DNA from: Acutalibacteraceae bacterium
Lineage (GTDB): Bacteria; Bacillota; Clostridia; Oscillospirales; Acutalibacteraceae
Assembly: GCA_045541715.1 (NCBI GenBank)
Contig: JAZQJR010000157.1
Location: forward strand, 1-35,805
Direction of reading: 5' to 3'
Length of the DNA stretch: 35,805 nucleotides
In this document: positions 26,770-35,677 of the stretch, one piece after another
Numbering within the stretch: position 1 is the stretch's first letter
Layout of the letters: each line of letters opens with the position of its first letter
Program-made: the position numbers and the translations under genes
Notes under the pieces: model-generated
The model's input: only the letters and a program-made list of their open reading frames with translations
What the model was told of the DNA's origin: nothing
The model's database searches: none

Positions 26770-28050
26770 ATGAGTCTAAAAGCATCAAATAAGGTCGAAA
26801 CAAACCGATACGAGTTGCACGTTGAGGTCAGCGCGCAGGACTTCGCAAAGGCTGTGGATCGTGTATTTAAGAAGAACGCCAAGAAAATTTCGATTCCGGG
26901 CTTTCGCAAGGGCAAGGCGCCGCGGGCTTTCATTGAGAAGTACTATGGCGAGAATGTCTTCTATGAGGACGCCGTTAACGAGATTTATCCGGAGGCCATG
27001 GAGGAAGCCATCGAGGCGGCTGGCCTTGAGGTGATTAACGACAAAATCGACTTGGACGTAATCCGTCTTGGTAAGGATGGCTTTGAGTTTAAAGCTGTCG
27101 TGACTGTTAAGCCAGAGGTCGAAATCGAGGGATATAAAGGTATTGAGGTTGAGCTCAGGCCGGTTGAAGTCACGGAGGAAGATATAGATAAGGAAATCGA
27201 TCGCGTGCGCGAGAGAAATTCTCGCCTGGTGACTGTCGAGGGCAGAAGCGCACAGGAAGGCGATACCGTTATTTTTGACTTTAAAGGCTTCTCAGATGGC
27301 GAGGCTTTTGCGGGCGGCGAGGCCGAGAACTACAGCTTGAAGCTGGGCAGTGGCGAGTTCATTCCTGGCTTCGAGGAGCAAATGGTTGGACATAACACTG
27401 GCGAGGAGTTCGACGTTAATGTAACCTTCCCGGAGGTCTATCAAGAGGAATCCCTTGCGGGCAAGCCGGCGGTGTTCAAGATTAAACTCCATGAGATTAA
27501 AACTCGTGAGTTGCCGGAGCTTGATGATGAGTTTGTGAAGGATGTCAGCGAGTTTGACACCTTGGCTGAGTATAAAGAAGACCTCAAGAAGCAGCTCTTT
27601 GACCTCAAAAAGAGAGAGGCCGATATGGCAGCCGACGACGAGATGATTGATAAGACCATCGCGTTGATGAAGGCTGAAATTCCGGCGGCTATGTTCGAGA
27701 ACAAACTTGAGGAAATGCTGAACGAGTTTGGCCACAAGTTGCAATCTCAAGGCCTTAGCCTGGATTCCTACAAGAAGTACACGGGCATGACCGACGACGC
27801 ATTTAAGGAGCACTTTAGGCCGCAGGCCGAGCGTCAAGTGAAGTTGCGTTTGGCGATTGATAAGATTGCGGAAATCGAGAACCTTGCGCCGACGCCGGAT
27901 GAGCTCGAGGAGAAGTATAAGGAACTAGCGGAGCACTACAAATTGGAAGTCGACCAAATAAAGCAATTCGTTGACGCGAAAGGCCTAGCAAAGGACATAG
28001 CGGCGGAAAAGGCTGTCGACTTCTTGCGTGAGCATCGCGTGAACAAATAA
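26770..28050 (+). CDS. tig: Trigger factor (ribosome-associated peptidyl-prolyl isomerase)
   Basis: The PGFRKGKAPR signature and an FKBP-type middle domain. Trimmed from ORF start 26707 to the ATG that has a strong ribosome binding site. Confidence 0.95.
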   Translation: MSLKASNKVETNRYELHVEVSAQDFAKAVDRVFKKNAKKISIPGFRKGKAPRAFIEKYYGENVFYEDAVNEIYPEAMEEAIEAAGLEVINDKIDLDVIRLGKDGFEFKAVVTVKPEVEIEGYKGIEVELRPVEVTEEDIDKEIDRVRERNSRLVTVEGRSAQEGDTVIFDFKGFSDGEAFAGGEAENYSLKLGSGEFIPGFEEQMVGHNTGEEFDVNVTFPEVYQEESLAGKPAVFKIKLHEIKTRELPELDDEFVKDVSEFDTLAEYKEDLKKQLFDLKKREADMAADDEMIDKTIALMKAEIPAAMFENKLEEMLNEFGHKLQSQGLSLDSYKKYTGMTDDAFKEHFRPQAERQVKLRLAIDKIAEIENLAPTPDELEEKYKELAEHYKLEVDQIKQFVDAKGLAKDIAAEKAVDFLREHRVNK

Positions 28051-28121
28051 TTCTTCAAGTTTGAATAAACTTGGAAAATGCTGTTAATTATTTATAGAGT
28101 GTGCTTTTTGGAGGGATTACT

Positions 28122-28718
28122 TTGAGTAACGAAAAAATGATCTCGATACCTTATGTCGTCGAGCAAACTAGCCGCGGCGAGCGCTCGTATGACATTTACT
28201 CGAGGCTGCTAAATGACCGAATCATCATGTTGACCGAGGAGGTTAACAATACGACGGCCAGCTTGATTGTCGCTCAAATGCTGTACTTGGAGGGGCAAGA
28301 CCCGTCGAAGGACATCTTCTTCTACATCAACAGCCCAGGTGGCTCGGTGACCGACGGCTTGTCCATCTACGACACCATGCAGTACATTAAGTGCGACGTC
28401 TCAACGATTTGCATGGGCCTCGCGGCAAGTATGGGTGCGTTCTTGTTGGCCGCCGGCACCAAGGGAAAACGCTTTGCGCTGCCGAACAGCGATATTATGA
28501 TTCATCAGCCGAGCGGCGGTGCAAAAGGTCAGGCGACGGATATTATGATTCACGCCGACCACATTATCCAGACGAAAAAGCGCTTGAATACGATCCTGGC
28601 AGAGCGCACCGGACAGCCATTTGAGAAGGTCGCTCAAGATACCGAGCGCGACAACTTCATGACGGCCGATCAAGCTAAGGAGTACGGCATCGTCGACCAG
28701 GTTATATATAAGAGATAG
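28122..28718 (+). CDS. clpP: ATP-dependent Clp protease proteolytic subunit
   Basis: [35 protein letters not shown] and IMIHQP. The TTG at 28122 has GGAGGG 6 nt upstream; an ATG at 28137 is an alternative start. Confidence 0.95.
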   Translation: MSNEKMISIPYVVEQTSRGERSYDIYSRLLNDRIIMLTEEVNNTTASLIVAQMLYLEGQDPSKDIFFYINSPGGSVTDGLSIYDTMQYIKCDVSTICMGLAASMGAFLLAAGTKGKRFALPNSDIMIHQPSGGAKGQATDIMIHADHIIQTKKRLNTILAERTGQPFEKVAQDTERDNFMTADQAKEYGIVDQVIYKR

Positions 28719-28732
28719 GAATTGGTGATATT

Positions 28733-30064
28733 ATGTCAACGAAGGATGAAAATAGGGGAAAGGATATTTGCTGCTCGTTCTGCAACAAGCCGCAGGATCA
28801 GGCCGCCAAGCTTATCGCGGGGCCGGGCGTGTACATCTGCGACGAGTGCGTGACTTTGTGCGTCTCGATACTCGAGGATGAGTTGCTGAAAAAGGGCAAG
28901 CAAATAGCTCAAGAGCTCGAGAAGGCGCAGAACGAGGAGATTAACTTGTTGCGCCCGAAGGAAATTAAGAAAATCTTGGACGACTATGTAATCGGCCAGG
29001 AGGCTGCAAAAATTGCGCTTTCTGTGGCGGTCTACAACCACTACAAGAGGATTTACTTCGGCAAAGAGGACGAGAATGATGCCGTTGAGCTTAAGAAGAG
29101 TAATGTTTTGCTGCTCGGGCCGACCGGCGTAGGGAAAACACTCCTCGCGCAGACCTTGGCCAAGGCGCTGAATGTACCGTTTGCCATAGCCGATGCGACC
29201 ACTCTCACTGAGGCGGGCTACGTTGGCGAGGATGTCGAGAACATTCTTCTCCGACTGATTCAGGCAGCGGATTTTGACATCGAGAAGGCCGAGCATGGCA
29301 TCATTTACATCGATGAGCTTGATAAAATCGCGAGAAAGTCGGAGAATCCGTCCATTACGCGAGACGTCAGCGGTGAGGGCGTCCAGCAAGCACTCCTTAA
29401 GATTCTCGAGGGAACAGTCTCAAATGTGCCGCCGCAGGGCGGAAGAAAGCATCCGCAACAGGAGTTCATTCGCATCGACACGTCGAACATTTTGTTCATC
29501 TGCGGCGGTGCTTTTGAGGGCCTTGAGAAGGTCGTTGAGAAGCGTACGGGTTCGTCAAGTATGGGCTTTGGCGCGGACATCAAGACCAAAAAAGAGCTCG
29601 ACAAGACGCACTGGATGAAGGATGTTGTGCCGCACGACCTCGTGAAGTACGGTCTAATTCCGGAGTTGGTCGGGCGTTTGCCGGTCATCACATCGCTGAG
29701 CGGCCTCGACAAGGAGTCGCTAGTGCGCATCCTCAAGGAGCCGAAAAATTCAATCTTGAAGCAGTATCAAAAGCTGTTTGCGCTCGACCGAGTTGAGCTT
29801 GAGTTCGATGAGAAGGCGCTCGAGGCCGTTGCGCAAAAGGCCCTCGACAGGGAGACCGGCGCTCGTGGCTTGCGTGCCATTATGGAGGAAATTTTGTCCG
29901 GTTTGATGTACGAGGTGCCGGGCGACCATACCGTGGAGAGGGTCGTCATAACCGAGGAGACTGTCAGCGAGAAGGCCGATGCGCAGATTCTCCGCAACGA
30001 GACGCGTGTGCCGTTTAACATCACGGTGAATAACGACTCGAAAAGAAGAAGTTTTGTATCCTAG
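28733..30064 (+). CDS. clpX: ATP-dependent Clp protease ATP-binding subunit ClpX
   Basis: Zinc finger CSFCNK..CDEC, Walker A GPTGVGKT, Walker [10 protein letters not shown], and GARGLR. Confidence 0.95.
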   Translation: MSTKDENRGKDICCSFCNKPQDQAAKLIAGPGVYICDECVTLCVSILEDELLKKGKQIAQELEKAQNEEINLLRPKEIKKILDDYVIGQEAAKIALSVAVYNHYKRIYFGKEDENDAVELKKSNVLLLGPTGVGKTLLAQTLAKALNVPFAIADATTLTEAGYVGEDVENILLRLIQAADFDIEKAEHGIIYIDELDKIARKSENPSITRDVSGEGVQQALLKILEGTVSNVPPQGGRKHPQQEFIRIDTSNILFICGGAFEGLEKVVEKRTGSSSMGFGADIKTKKELDKTHWMKDVVPHDLVKYGLIPELVGRLPVITSLSGLDKESLVRILKEPKNSILKQYQKLFALDRVELEFDEKALEAVAQKALDRETGARGLRAIMEEILSGLMYEVPGDHTVERVVITEETVSEKADAQILRNETRVPFNITVNNDSKRRSFVS

Positions 30065-30147
30065 TCCATAGAGCGGCAAAAAATCGCGACTGTAACGCAA
30101 TGTTGCAGTCGTTTCTGTTAGGAGCTTGTTGGAGGAAGTATATAAAC

Positions 30148-30468
30148 ATGAAATTAAGAGTTTGGCTAAATTGGTTTTTGATATTTTACTGTGTGGCGTT
30201 GCTAGTTTTTATGTTCTCTACGGAGGCGCGGCCATTTTGGTACGATGTTGCGTCGTTTTTGCCGGTTATAGTTCTCAGTGCGCAGTCGTGGTACTACTGG
30301 CGCAAGGAGCAGAAAATCGAGAACGTAGATGACAATGAGATAAAAGCGCTACTAAAAGATGGCCAGAAAAAAGAGGCCATATTAAAGGTTCGTGAGGATG
30401 GTCAATGTGGCTTGCTGAGCGCGATAATCTACGTTGGAGAACTAGAAAAAACGATATCGCAGGATTGA
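30148..30468 (+). CDS. Small membrane protein with a ribosomal L7/L12 C-terminal-like motif
   Basis: Two hydrophobic helices, then IKALLKDGQKKEAILKVREDGQCGL, which resembles the L7/L12 C-terminal-domain-like repeats found on small membrane proteins. ATG at 30148 follows GGAGG. Confidence 0.5.
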   Translation: MKLRVWLNWFLIFYCVALLVFMFSTEARPFWYDVASFLPVIVLSAQSWYYWRKEQKIENVDDNEIKALLKDGQKKEAILKVREDGQCGLLSAIIYVGELEKTISQD

Positions 30469-30503
30469 TACATAGGGAGCCGCCAAAGGTAAGATCTAGT
30501 GGC

Positions 30504-30612
30504 GCCGCGAGGCGCCGAAGGCCCGTAGGGCCTGCCGGCTAGCCAAGAGCGCAACTTCGTTGGGCTCTTGGATACACCGAAAATAAATATTTATTTTCGG
30601 TGGCCTCGCGGC
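30504..30612. repeat. GC-rich palindromic intergenic element (copy c): closing stem plus three hairpins
   Basis: P1 is gccgcgaggc (30504..30513) / gcctcgcggc (30603..30612). The hairpins are at 30519..30533 (aggccc-gta-gggcct), 30543..30571 (13 bp, one mismatch) and 30575..30602 (caccgaaaataa-atat-ttattttcggtg). Confidence 0.8.
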
Positions 30613-30670
30613 CGGCACGCAGCTACAAGAATGCGTCGATAGTTTTGCGGAGAGGGGTAAAAATTTTATT

Positions 30671-31276
30671 ATGAATTTCAATAATGTTTCTTTTGAGGCA
30701 GCTTTTGGAAGCAAGACTCAGCTGAAGAAGTCAACGTGCCCGGAGGTAGTTTTCTCGGGTCGCTCAAACGTGGGCAAGTCGTCGTTGATAAATAAACTGG
30801 TGAATAGGAAGGCTTTGGCGCGCGTTAGCACGAAGCCAGGCAAGACCGGCACGATAAATTTCTACGACATCGACGGTAAACTCAAGTTTGTGGACTTGCC
30901 TGGTTACGGCTACGCGAAGGTCTCTGCCAAGGAAAAAGCACGTTGGTCGGAGTTGGTTGAGGGTTATTTTAACTCTGAGAGGAATATTTCGTTAGTGGTG
31001 CAGCTTGTCGACATGCGCCACAAGCCCACCGCTGACGACTTGCATATGATTGAGTTTTTGCAATCGCGAGGCCTCAAATTTGTTGTTGTATTGACAAAGA
31101 GTGATAAACTCAACAAGACTCAACGAGAAGAGCGCTTAGCAAAATTAAGTGAGGACTTTCCTTTTGATGGAGTTAACTTTGTTGTATTTTCATCAGTCAC
31201 GGGCGAGGGCGTGGAGGAGGTAATGTCAGCATTTGATGATTTATTAAAAATACTGGAGTGTCATCTAAATAATTAA
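30671..31276 (+). CDS. engB: Ribosome biogenesis GTPase YsxC/EngB
   Basis: The G1 motif GRSNVGKSSLIN, DLPGYG and TKSDK. The gene is in the conserved position downstream of clpX. Confidence 0.9.
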   Translation: MNFNNVSFEAAFGSKTQLKKSTCPEVVFSGRSNVGKSSLINKLVNRKALARVSTKPGKTGTINFYDIDGKLKFVDLPGYGYAKVSAKEKARWSELVEGYFNSERNISLVVQLVDMRHKPTADDLHMIEFLQSRGLKFVVVLTKSDKLNKTQREERLAKLSEDFPFDGVNFVVFSSVTGEGVEEVMSAFDDLLKILECHLNN

Positions 31277-31409
31277 GAATGGTACAATATGAAGAAAATG
31301 AAGGTGTAGATATGTAAAAAAGATCGCTGGAATTAGAGATGTTACATGTTTATAAAATTACAATTCGCTGGTCACCAAGGTGCTGTGATTATTAAGATAA
31401 TGTTTTTTC

Positions 31410-32057
31410 TCACAAAAAGTATCGCACACAGGCTAGAGTAATTAAAATGGTGCCGGAAAGAAACATAAAGAAGTTGGATTTGAGCTTTTGAATGGCCGTA
31501 AGCTTAGATCCGCAGTACAAGCCCAGGCTCAAAAAGACGAACTGGCACAATCCAACTAAAACTGGAACCAAAAAGCTATTTACACCGGCCACGGCGCTGC
31601 TTATTCCCGCACCGAAAGAGTCGATAGACAAAGCGACACCAAGATAGAGAGACTCTTTTACGTTTATGGCCGGGGCTTTGTCAATGTCGTTATCAACCGG
31701 CGCGCGAGTGATTCTTATACTTACGCCAAGTGACTTTATCGTCCAGCTCCAAGTCTTGGGAGTTGGCTTTTTTTTGCTTTCATTCGAATCACTTCCGCTA
31801 AGAGCTTGAACTATTATAATCACGCCTAGTACCACCAGCATCGCGGAGCCTATTAGTTTCGCGAGTTGATCCGGCAAGATTAGCGCGATGACGTTGCCAA
31901 TGCCTATCGCTAACGCTGTGAAAATCAGAGAAATTAAACTTATTATTACCTTCGGCAAAGTTGCGACTCGAACTTTCCTTAGGCCGTATGAAATGCCGAT
32001 TCCGAGTGCGTCCATGCTGAGCGAGACCGCCAAAAGTATCGCCGAAAACAGCCACAT
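31410..32057 (-). CDS. ytaF: YtaF/MntP-family (DUF204 x2) membrane protein
   Basis: LSMDALGIGISYGL and a second half-repeat LSIDSFGAGISSAV. Trimmed to the ATG at 32057, which has GGGGA 8 nt upstream; the ORF track start is 32126. Confidence 0.7.
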   Translation of the reverse strand: MWLFSAILLAVSLSMDALGIGISYGLRKVRVATLPKVIISLISLIFTALAIGIGNVIALILPDQLAKLIGSAMLVVLGVIIIVQALSGSDSNESKKKPTPKTWSWTIKSLGVSIRITRAPVDNDIDKAPAINVKESLYLGVALSIDSFGAGISSAVAGVNSFLVPVLVGLCQFVFLSLGLYCGSKLTAIQKLKSNFFMFLSGTILITLACVRYFL

Positions 32058-32145
32058 GACACCATCCCCTAATGCAGTTTTTATCAGGGTATGCATCGGT
32101 GGGCCGATTTGCCTCCGCGCGGACATAACTCCGCCTGCGCGCGAA

Positions 32146-32174
32146 TATATATGTCAGCATGGACAAAAAGTCAA
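32146..32174 (-). promoter_or_regulatory. Probable promoter of the ytaF-like gene
   Basis: On the minus strand: TTGACT (32169..32174), 17 nt spacer, TATATA (32146..32151). The -35 overlaps the left arm of the long inverted repeat. Confidence 0.55.
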
Positions 32175-32209
32175 AGTGCCAAATTTTTAAATTGCAGCTA
32201 AGCTTTGGC

Positions 32210-32314
32210 GGGCCGCGAGGCCCAAAATCTCTTCGAGATTTTGGTGGCGGGCACACAGCGTTGCTGTGTGTCCGCTGGCCCGTGGATTAAAAATCCACGG
32301 GCGCCTCGCGGCCC
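32210..32314. repeat. GC-rich palindromic intergenic element (copy d): closing stem plus three hairpins
   Basis: P1 is gggccgcgagg (32210..32220) / cctcgcggccc (32304..32314). The hairpins are at 32222..32244 (10 bp), 32247..32275 (13 bp including one G-U pair) and 32278..32302 (11 bp). Confidence 0.85.
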
Positions 32315-32370
32315 TGTGCGAAAAAGCCTGAAAAATTTGGCACTCTTGAAAAACTAAGGAGCTGACGTAA

Positions 32371-34989
32371 ATGGAATGGCATAATTTAAGCGCGCAGGAA
32401 GTGCTGAGAAAATTCAAGGTAGACCCGGAAATTGGCCTGAGCGGGGTAGCGGTGGGGCAAAAGCAAATAAACTATGGCAAAAACATTTTAAAAGAGAAGA
32501 AATCCAAGGGGCTAGTTGCGCGATTTTTCGGGCAATTTTCGGACTTTATGGTGATAATCCTTCTGATTGCGGCGGCGATTTCATTCGTGACGTCGGCGAT
32601 AGAGGGCAGCAAGGACTACATCGACTCGGTCATCATCCTCTTCATCGTGGTGCTGAACGCCGTGGTCGGGGTGGTGCAGGAGAGCAAAGCGGAGAAGGCC
32701 ATCGACGCGCTGAAAAAGCTGTCGTCGCCGAAGGCAACGGTCATCCGCGCGGGGAAGCAGGTTGTTTTGCCGTCGGAGGAGCTTGTTCCGGGGGACATAT
32801 TGCAGCTCAACCGTGGCGACATGGTGCCGGCCGACGCGCGCTTGCTAGAGAGCTTCAACCTAAAGGCGGAGGAGGCCTCCCTAACGGGCGAATCGGTGCC
32901 TGTTGAGAAAGATGCCGATGCGAAATTTCCGCCTAACGCGCCATTGGGAGAGCGGCGAAACATGGTTTTCTCGAGCAGCGTGGTGACGGCCGGGCACGCC
33001 AAGGCCGTGGTGGTGGAGACTGGCATGCGCACGCAAGTGGGCAAAATCGCTGGGATGATAATCGAGGAGGAGCCGGCGCAGACGCCTTTGCAGGTAAAAC
33101 TTGACAAAACTGGAAAAATCCTCGGCGTAGGTGCCATAGTAATTTGCGCGGTGATTTTCGTGCTCGGCGTCATCGAGAAAGTCGCGCCGCTGGAGATGTT
33201 CATGATAGCCATCAGCCTCGCCGTGGCGGCCATTCCGGAGGGGCTGCCGGCCGTCGTGACGATCGTTTTGGCCATGGGCGTGCGGAAAATGGCCGCGAAT
33301 CGCGCCGTCGTGAAGAAATTGCCGGCCGTCGAGACCCTCGGGAATGCCACCGTGATTTGCTCCGACAAGACCGGAACTCTCACGCAAAACAAGATGACTG
33401 TGACGCAGCTTTGCAACGAGGACGGCAAGGTAAAATTCTCCTCGGAGGCGGGGCAAAAAATTCTCACGCTTGGCGCCCTCTGCAACAACTCGTCGGTGTC
33501 GTACATAAAAAACGAATTTAAGGCCCTCGGCGAGCCGACCGAAAGTGCCCTGGTGGTGGCGGCAGCGGAGAATGGTCAAGTGAAAACCGATCTGGATCAA
33601 GACTTCCCGAAGGTGCAGGAACTCCCGTTCGACTCGGCCCGCAAGCTCATGACGACGGTGCATAGGTTGAAAAGCGGCAAGTATCGTGTGATAACGAAAG
33701 GCTCGCCGGAAGTCCTCCTCGAGAAGGCCACAAAGTGCAACGGCAAGCCATTGAGCGAGACATTGCGGCGCCAAATAAAGATTCAAAACGAGGACATGGC
33801 CAAGGCTGCCTTGCGAGTTCTCGCGGTTGCCTATAAGGATATCGAGAAGCTTCCAGGCTCGCCGAGTGAACTTGAAACCAACTTGAATTTTTTCGGTCTC
33901 ATCGGCATGATCGACCCGCCACGACCTCATGTGAAGATGGCTGTCCAGGAGTGCAAAAACGCCGGCATAAAGCCAGTTATGATAACCGGAGACCATATCG
34001 TCACGGCTAAGGCGATCGCGAAAAATCTGGGCATCTTCAACGACGGAGATAAGGCTCTCAGCGGCAAGCAGCTCGAGAAAATGAGTCAAAGTGAGCTCGA
34101 GGAGAGCATTTTCGAGTATTCGGTTTTTGCGCGGGTGTCGCCGGAACACAAGGTGCGCATCGTGAAGGCCTTTAAGAAGCACGGCGAGACTGTTGCGATG
34201 ACCGGCGACGGAGTGAACGATGCGCCGGCGCTGAAGGCGGCTGACATTGGCTGTGCGATGGGCGTTTTCGGCACGGATGTCGCCAAAAATGCCGCTGATA
34301 TGATCCTAACCGACGACAATTTCTCGACCATCGTGGAGGCCGTTCGGCAAGGGCGCGGCATCTTCGAGAACATCAAAAAGACCGTGCATTTTCTGCTCTC
34401 AAGCAATATTGGCGAAATCATCACTGTGCTGACGGCCTTCATCCTCAAGTTGCCTGCGCCGCTTTTGGCCATCCAGCTGCTCTGGGTCAACCTCGTCACC
34501 GACTCGTTTCCGGCCTTGGCGCTGGGCGTTGAGCCCGTTGACGACGACATAATGACGCATAAGCCGCAAGGCAAAAATGCAGGACTTTTCTCGAAAAATG
34601 GTTGGCGAAGGATAGTTCTGGAAGGCTGTTTTATCGGCGCCATATCGATTTTGGCTTTTACCATCGGCCGAGTTTTCTTTGATGTTTCACGGACACCGAT
34701 TATTGGCCGAACCATGTCTTTTGCGGTGCTAAGCCTGTCTCAACTCGTGCATGCGTTCAACGTCAAGAGCGAAAAATCTATCTTCAAGACGGACATTTTC
34801 TCAAACATGAAGCTAATTTACGCATTCATCATCGGCATCATCCTGCAAGTTTCGGTAATTTCCGTGCCGGCGCTGTCCATAATATTCAAAACCGCGCATT
34901 TAAATCTCGCACAATGGCTGGTCGTCGCGTTGCTTTCAGTGTCACCGCTTCTAGTCGTCGAGCTGGAGAAGTTCGCGGCAAGGGAATAA
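32371..34989 (+). CDS. Cation-transporting P-type ATPase, Ca2+ (PMCA/SERCA-like, YloB-type)
   Basis: CSDKTGTLTQN phosphorylation site, TGES, MITGDH, TGDGVNDAPALK, and 10 predicted transmembrane segments. The N-terminal Cation_ATPase_N-like region is LSAQEVLRKF. Confidence 0.9.
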   Translation: MEWHNLSAQEVLRKFKVDPEIGLSGVAVGQKQINYGKNILKEKKSKGLVARFFGQFSDFMVIILLIAAAISFVTSAIEGSKDYIDSVIILFIVVLNAVVGVVQESKAEKAIDALKKLSSPKATVIRAGKQVVLPSEELVPGDILQLNRGDMVPADARLLESFNLKAEEASLTGESVPVEKDADAKFPPNAPLGERRNMVFSSSVVTAGHAKAVVVETGMRTQVGKIAGMIIEEEPAQTPLQVKLDKTGKILGVGAIVICAVIFVLGVIEKVAPLEMFMIAISLAVAAIPEGLPAVVTIVLAMGVRKMAANRAVVKKLPAVETLGNATVICSDKTGTLTQNKMTVTQLCNEDGKVKFSSEAGQKILTLGALCNNSSVSYIKNEFKALGEPTESALVVAAAENGQVKTDLDQDFPKVQELPFDSARKLMTTVHRLKSGKYRVITKGSPEVLLEKATKCNGKPLSETLRRQIKIQNEDMAKAALRVLAVAYKDIEKLPGSPSELETNLNFFGLIGMIDPPRPHVKMAVQECKNAGIKPVMITGDHIVTAKAIAKNLGIFNDGDKALSGKQLEKMSQSELEESIFEYSVFARVSPEHKVRIVKAFKKHGETVAMTGDGVNDAPALKAADIGCAMGVFGTDVAKNAADMILTDDNFSTIVEAVRQGRGIFENIKKTVHFLLSSNIGEIITVLTAFILKLPAPLLAIQLLWVNLVTDSFPALALGVEPVDDDIMTHKPQGKNAGLFSKNGWRRIVLEGCFIGAISILAFTIGRVFFDVSRTPIIGRTMSFAVLSLSQLVHAFNVKSEKSIFKTDIFSNMKLIYAFIIGIILQVSVISVPALSIIFKTAHLNLAQWLVVALLSVSPLLVVELEKFAARE

Positions 34990-35034
34990 AAAGTGCCATA
35001 ATTTGTAAGTTTCCTTTTTGCTTATCCGCTTGCG

Positions 35035-35071
35035 GCCGCGAGGCCAAAGAAAATAATATTATTTTCTTTGG
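35035..35071. repeat. Truncated GC-rich palindromic element (copy e): 5' closing-stem half plus first hairpin
   Basis: gccgcgaggc (35035..35044), then ccaaagaaaataa-ta-ttattttctttgg (35044..35071). The IS1 right end begins immediately afterwards. Confidence 0.75.
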
Positions 35072-35677
35072 CGTGTTAATCAAATAACTATATCGATAGA
35101 TTTATTGACATGAAAGGCCGCGTAAAGGAACATCGTTAACTCAATCATTTTGAGGGAGCGGGAAACACAGCATGTTTTACGTCGAAATCTTGCGAACCAG
35201 TGTCTTTGAGGAAAGTTGTTGCTTTCGATCAAATGTGTTTTTAATTTTGTTTGAATTAGACATCTCTGTGGTATAAAATCACGATAAACACTGTATAGAT
35301 CGATAAAAAATACTTTCACCTTCCACTTTTTTAATCGCTCGTACATTTTTCTAAACGTTTCAGAATCTCGTGCGCCACATTCCCAATCGATGAGCTGTTT
35401 TGTGGTTCGGCAATAATCTTTCCAAATTCAAACGTGGCATTTTTTGAATGCAAAAAATGCCACATTTCATCGAGTTCAATCACTACGCTATCGTCAATTG
35501 GAGCCGATTTGGAATAGTTTTTTTCCGCAAAACTCTTCACCCAAACGAACGCCAAATGAACGTTGACATTAAAAAACTTGGCGATGGTTCGGAACGAATA
35601 TCCATGTGCGTACATCCAGACCGCCAGGAGTTTTTCTTGCTTGCGCCCGCCTTTATGCCTTGTGGGAACAAATTGTG
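35072..35677 (-). mobile_element. IS1-family element, 5'-truncated and frameshifted copy
   Basis: On the minus strand: FVPTRHKGGRKQEKLLAVWMYAHGYSFRTIAKFFNVNV..IELDEMWHF. A frame break occurs at an A6 run, then IWKDYCRTTKQLIDWECGARD..KVFFIDLYSVY..RHWFARFRRKT. The right end is ggcgtgttaatcaaataac. Confidence 0.85.

Noticed and set aside
28736-29736. Antisense and alternative-frame ORFs within clpX, with similar ones inside tig, tarJ/tarI, licD and the GT2 genes
   Set aside because: For the same reason: these are overlapping frames of well-supported genes with biased composition and no start signals.
30504-30612. The cloverleaf-like elements considered as tRNA or tRNA-like genes
   Set aside because: The stems are far longer (8-13 bp) than tRNA arms. 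There is no T-loop GTTCRANYC, no D-loop signature and no 7-nt anticodon loop. The total length is 105-109 nt.
30496-30714. 72-aa minus-strand ORF overlapping palindromic element copy c and the engB start
   Set aside because: It is produced by the GC-rich palindrome, overlaps the well-supported engB start region, and has no ribosome binding site.
32058-32145. A possible yybP-ykoY manganese riboswitch in the leader of the MntP/YtaF-family gene
   Set aside because: The leader is only about 85 nt. I could not find the conserved GGGGAGUAG-type core or the four-helix arrangement. Only an ordinary short hairpin is present.
32331-32349. TGGCAC in the inverted-repeat arms considered as a sigma-54 -24 element
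   Set aside because: No TTGC -12 element is found at the required 5-nt spacing on either strand.
32881-34182. Long antisense ORFs inside the P-type ATPase gene (433 aa at 32881..34182, 296 aa at 32616..33506, 209 aa at 34086..34715)
   Set aside because: They lie entirely within a confidently identified GC-rich coding gene on the opposite strand. They have Arg/His/Leu-rich low-complexity composition, no ribosome binding site and no recognisable motif. They are shadow ORFs.
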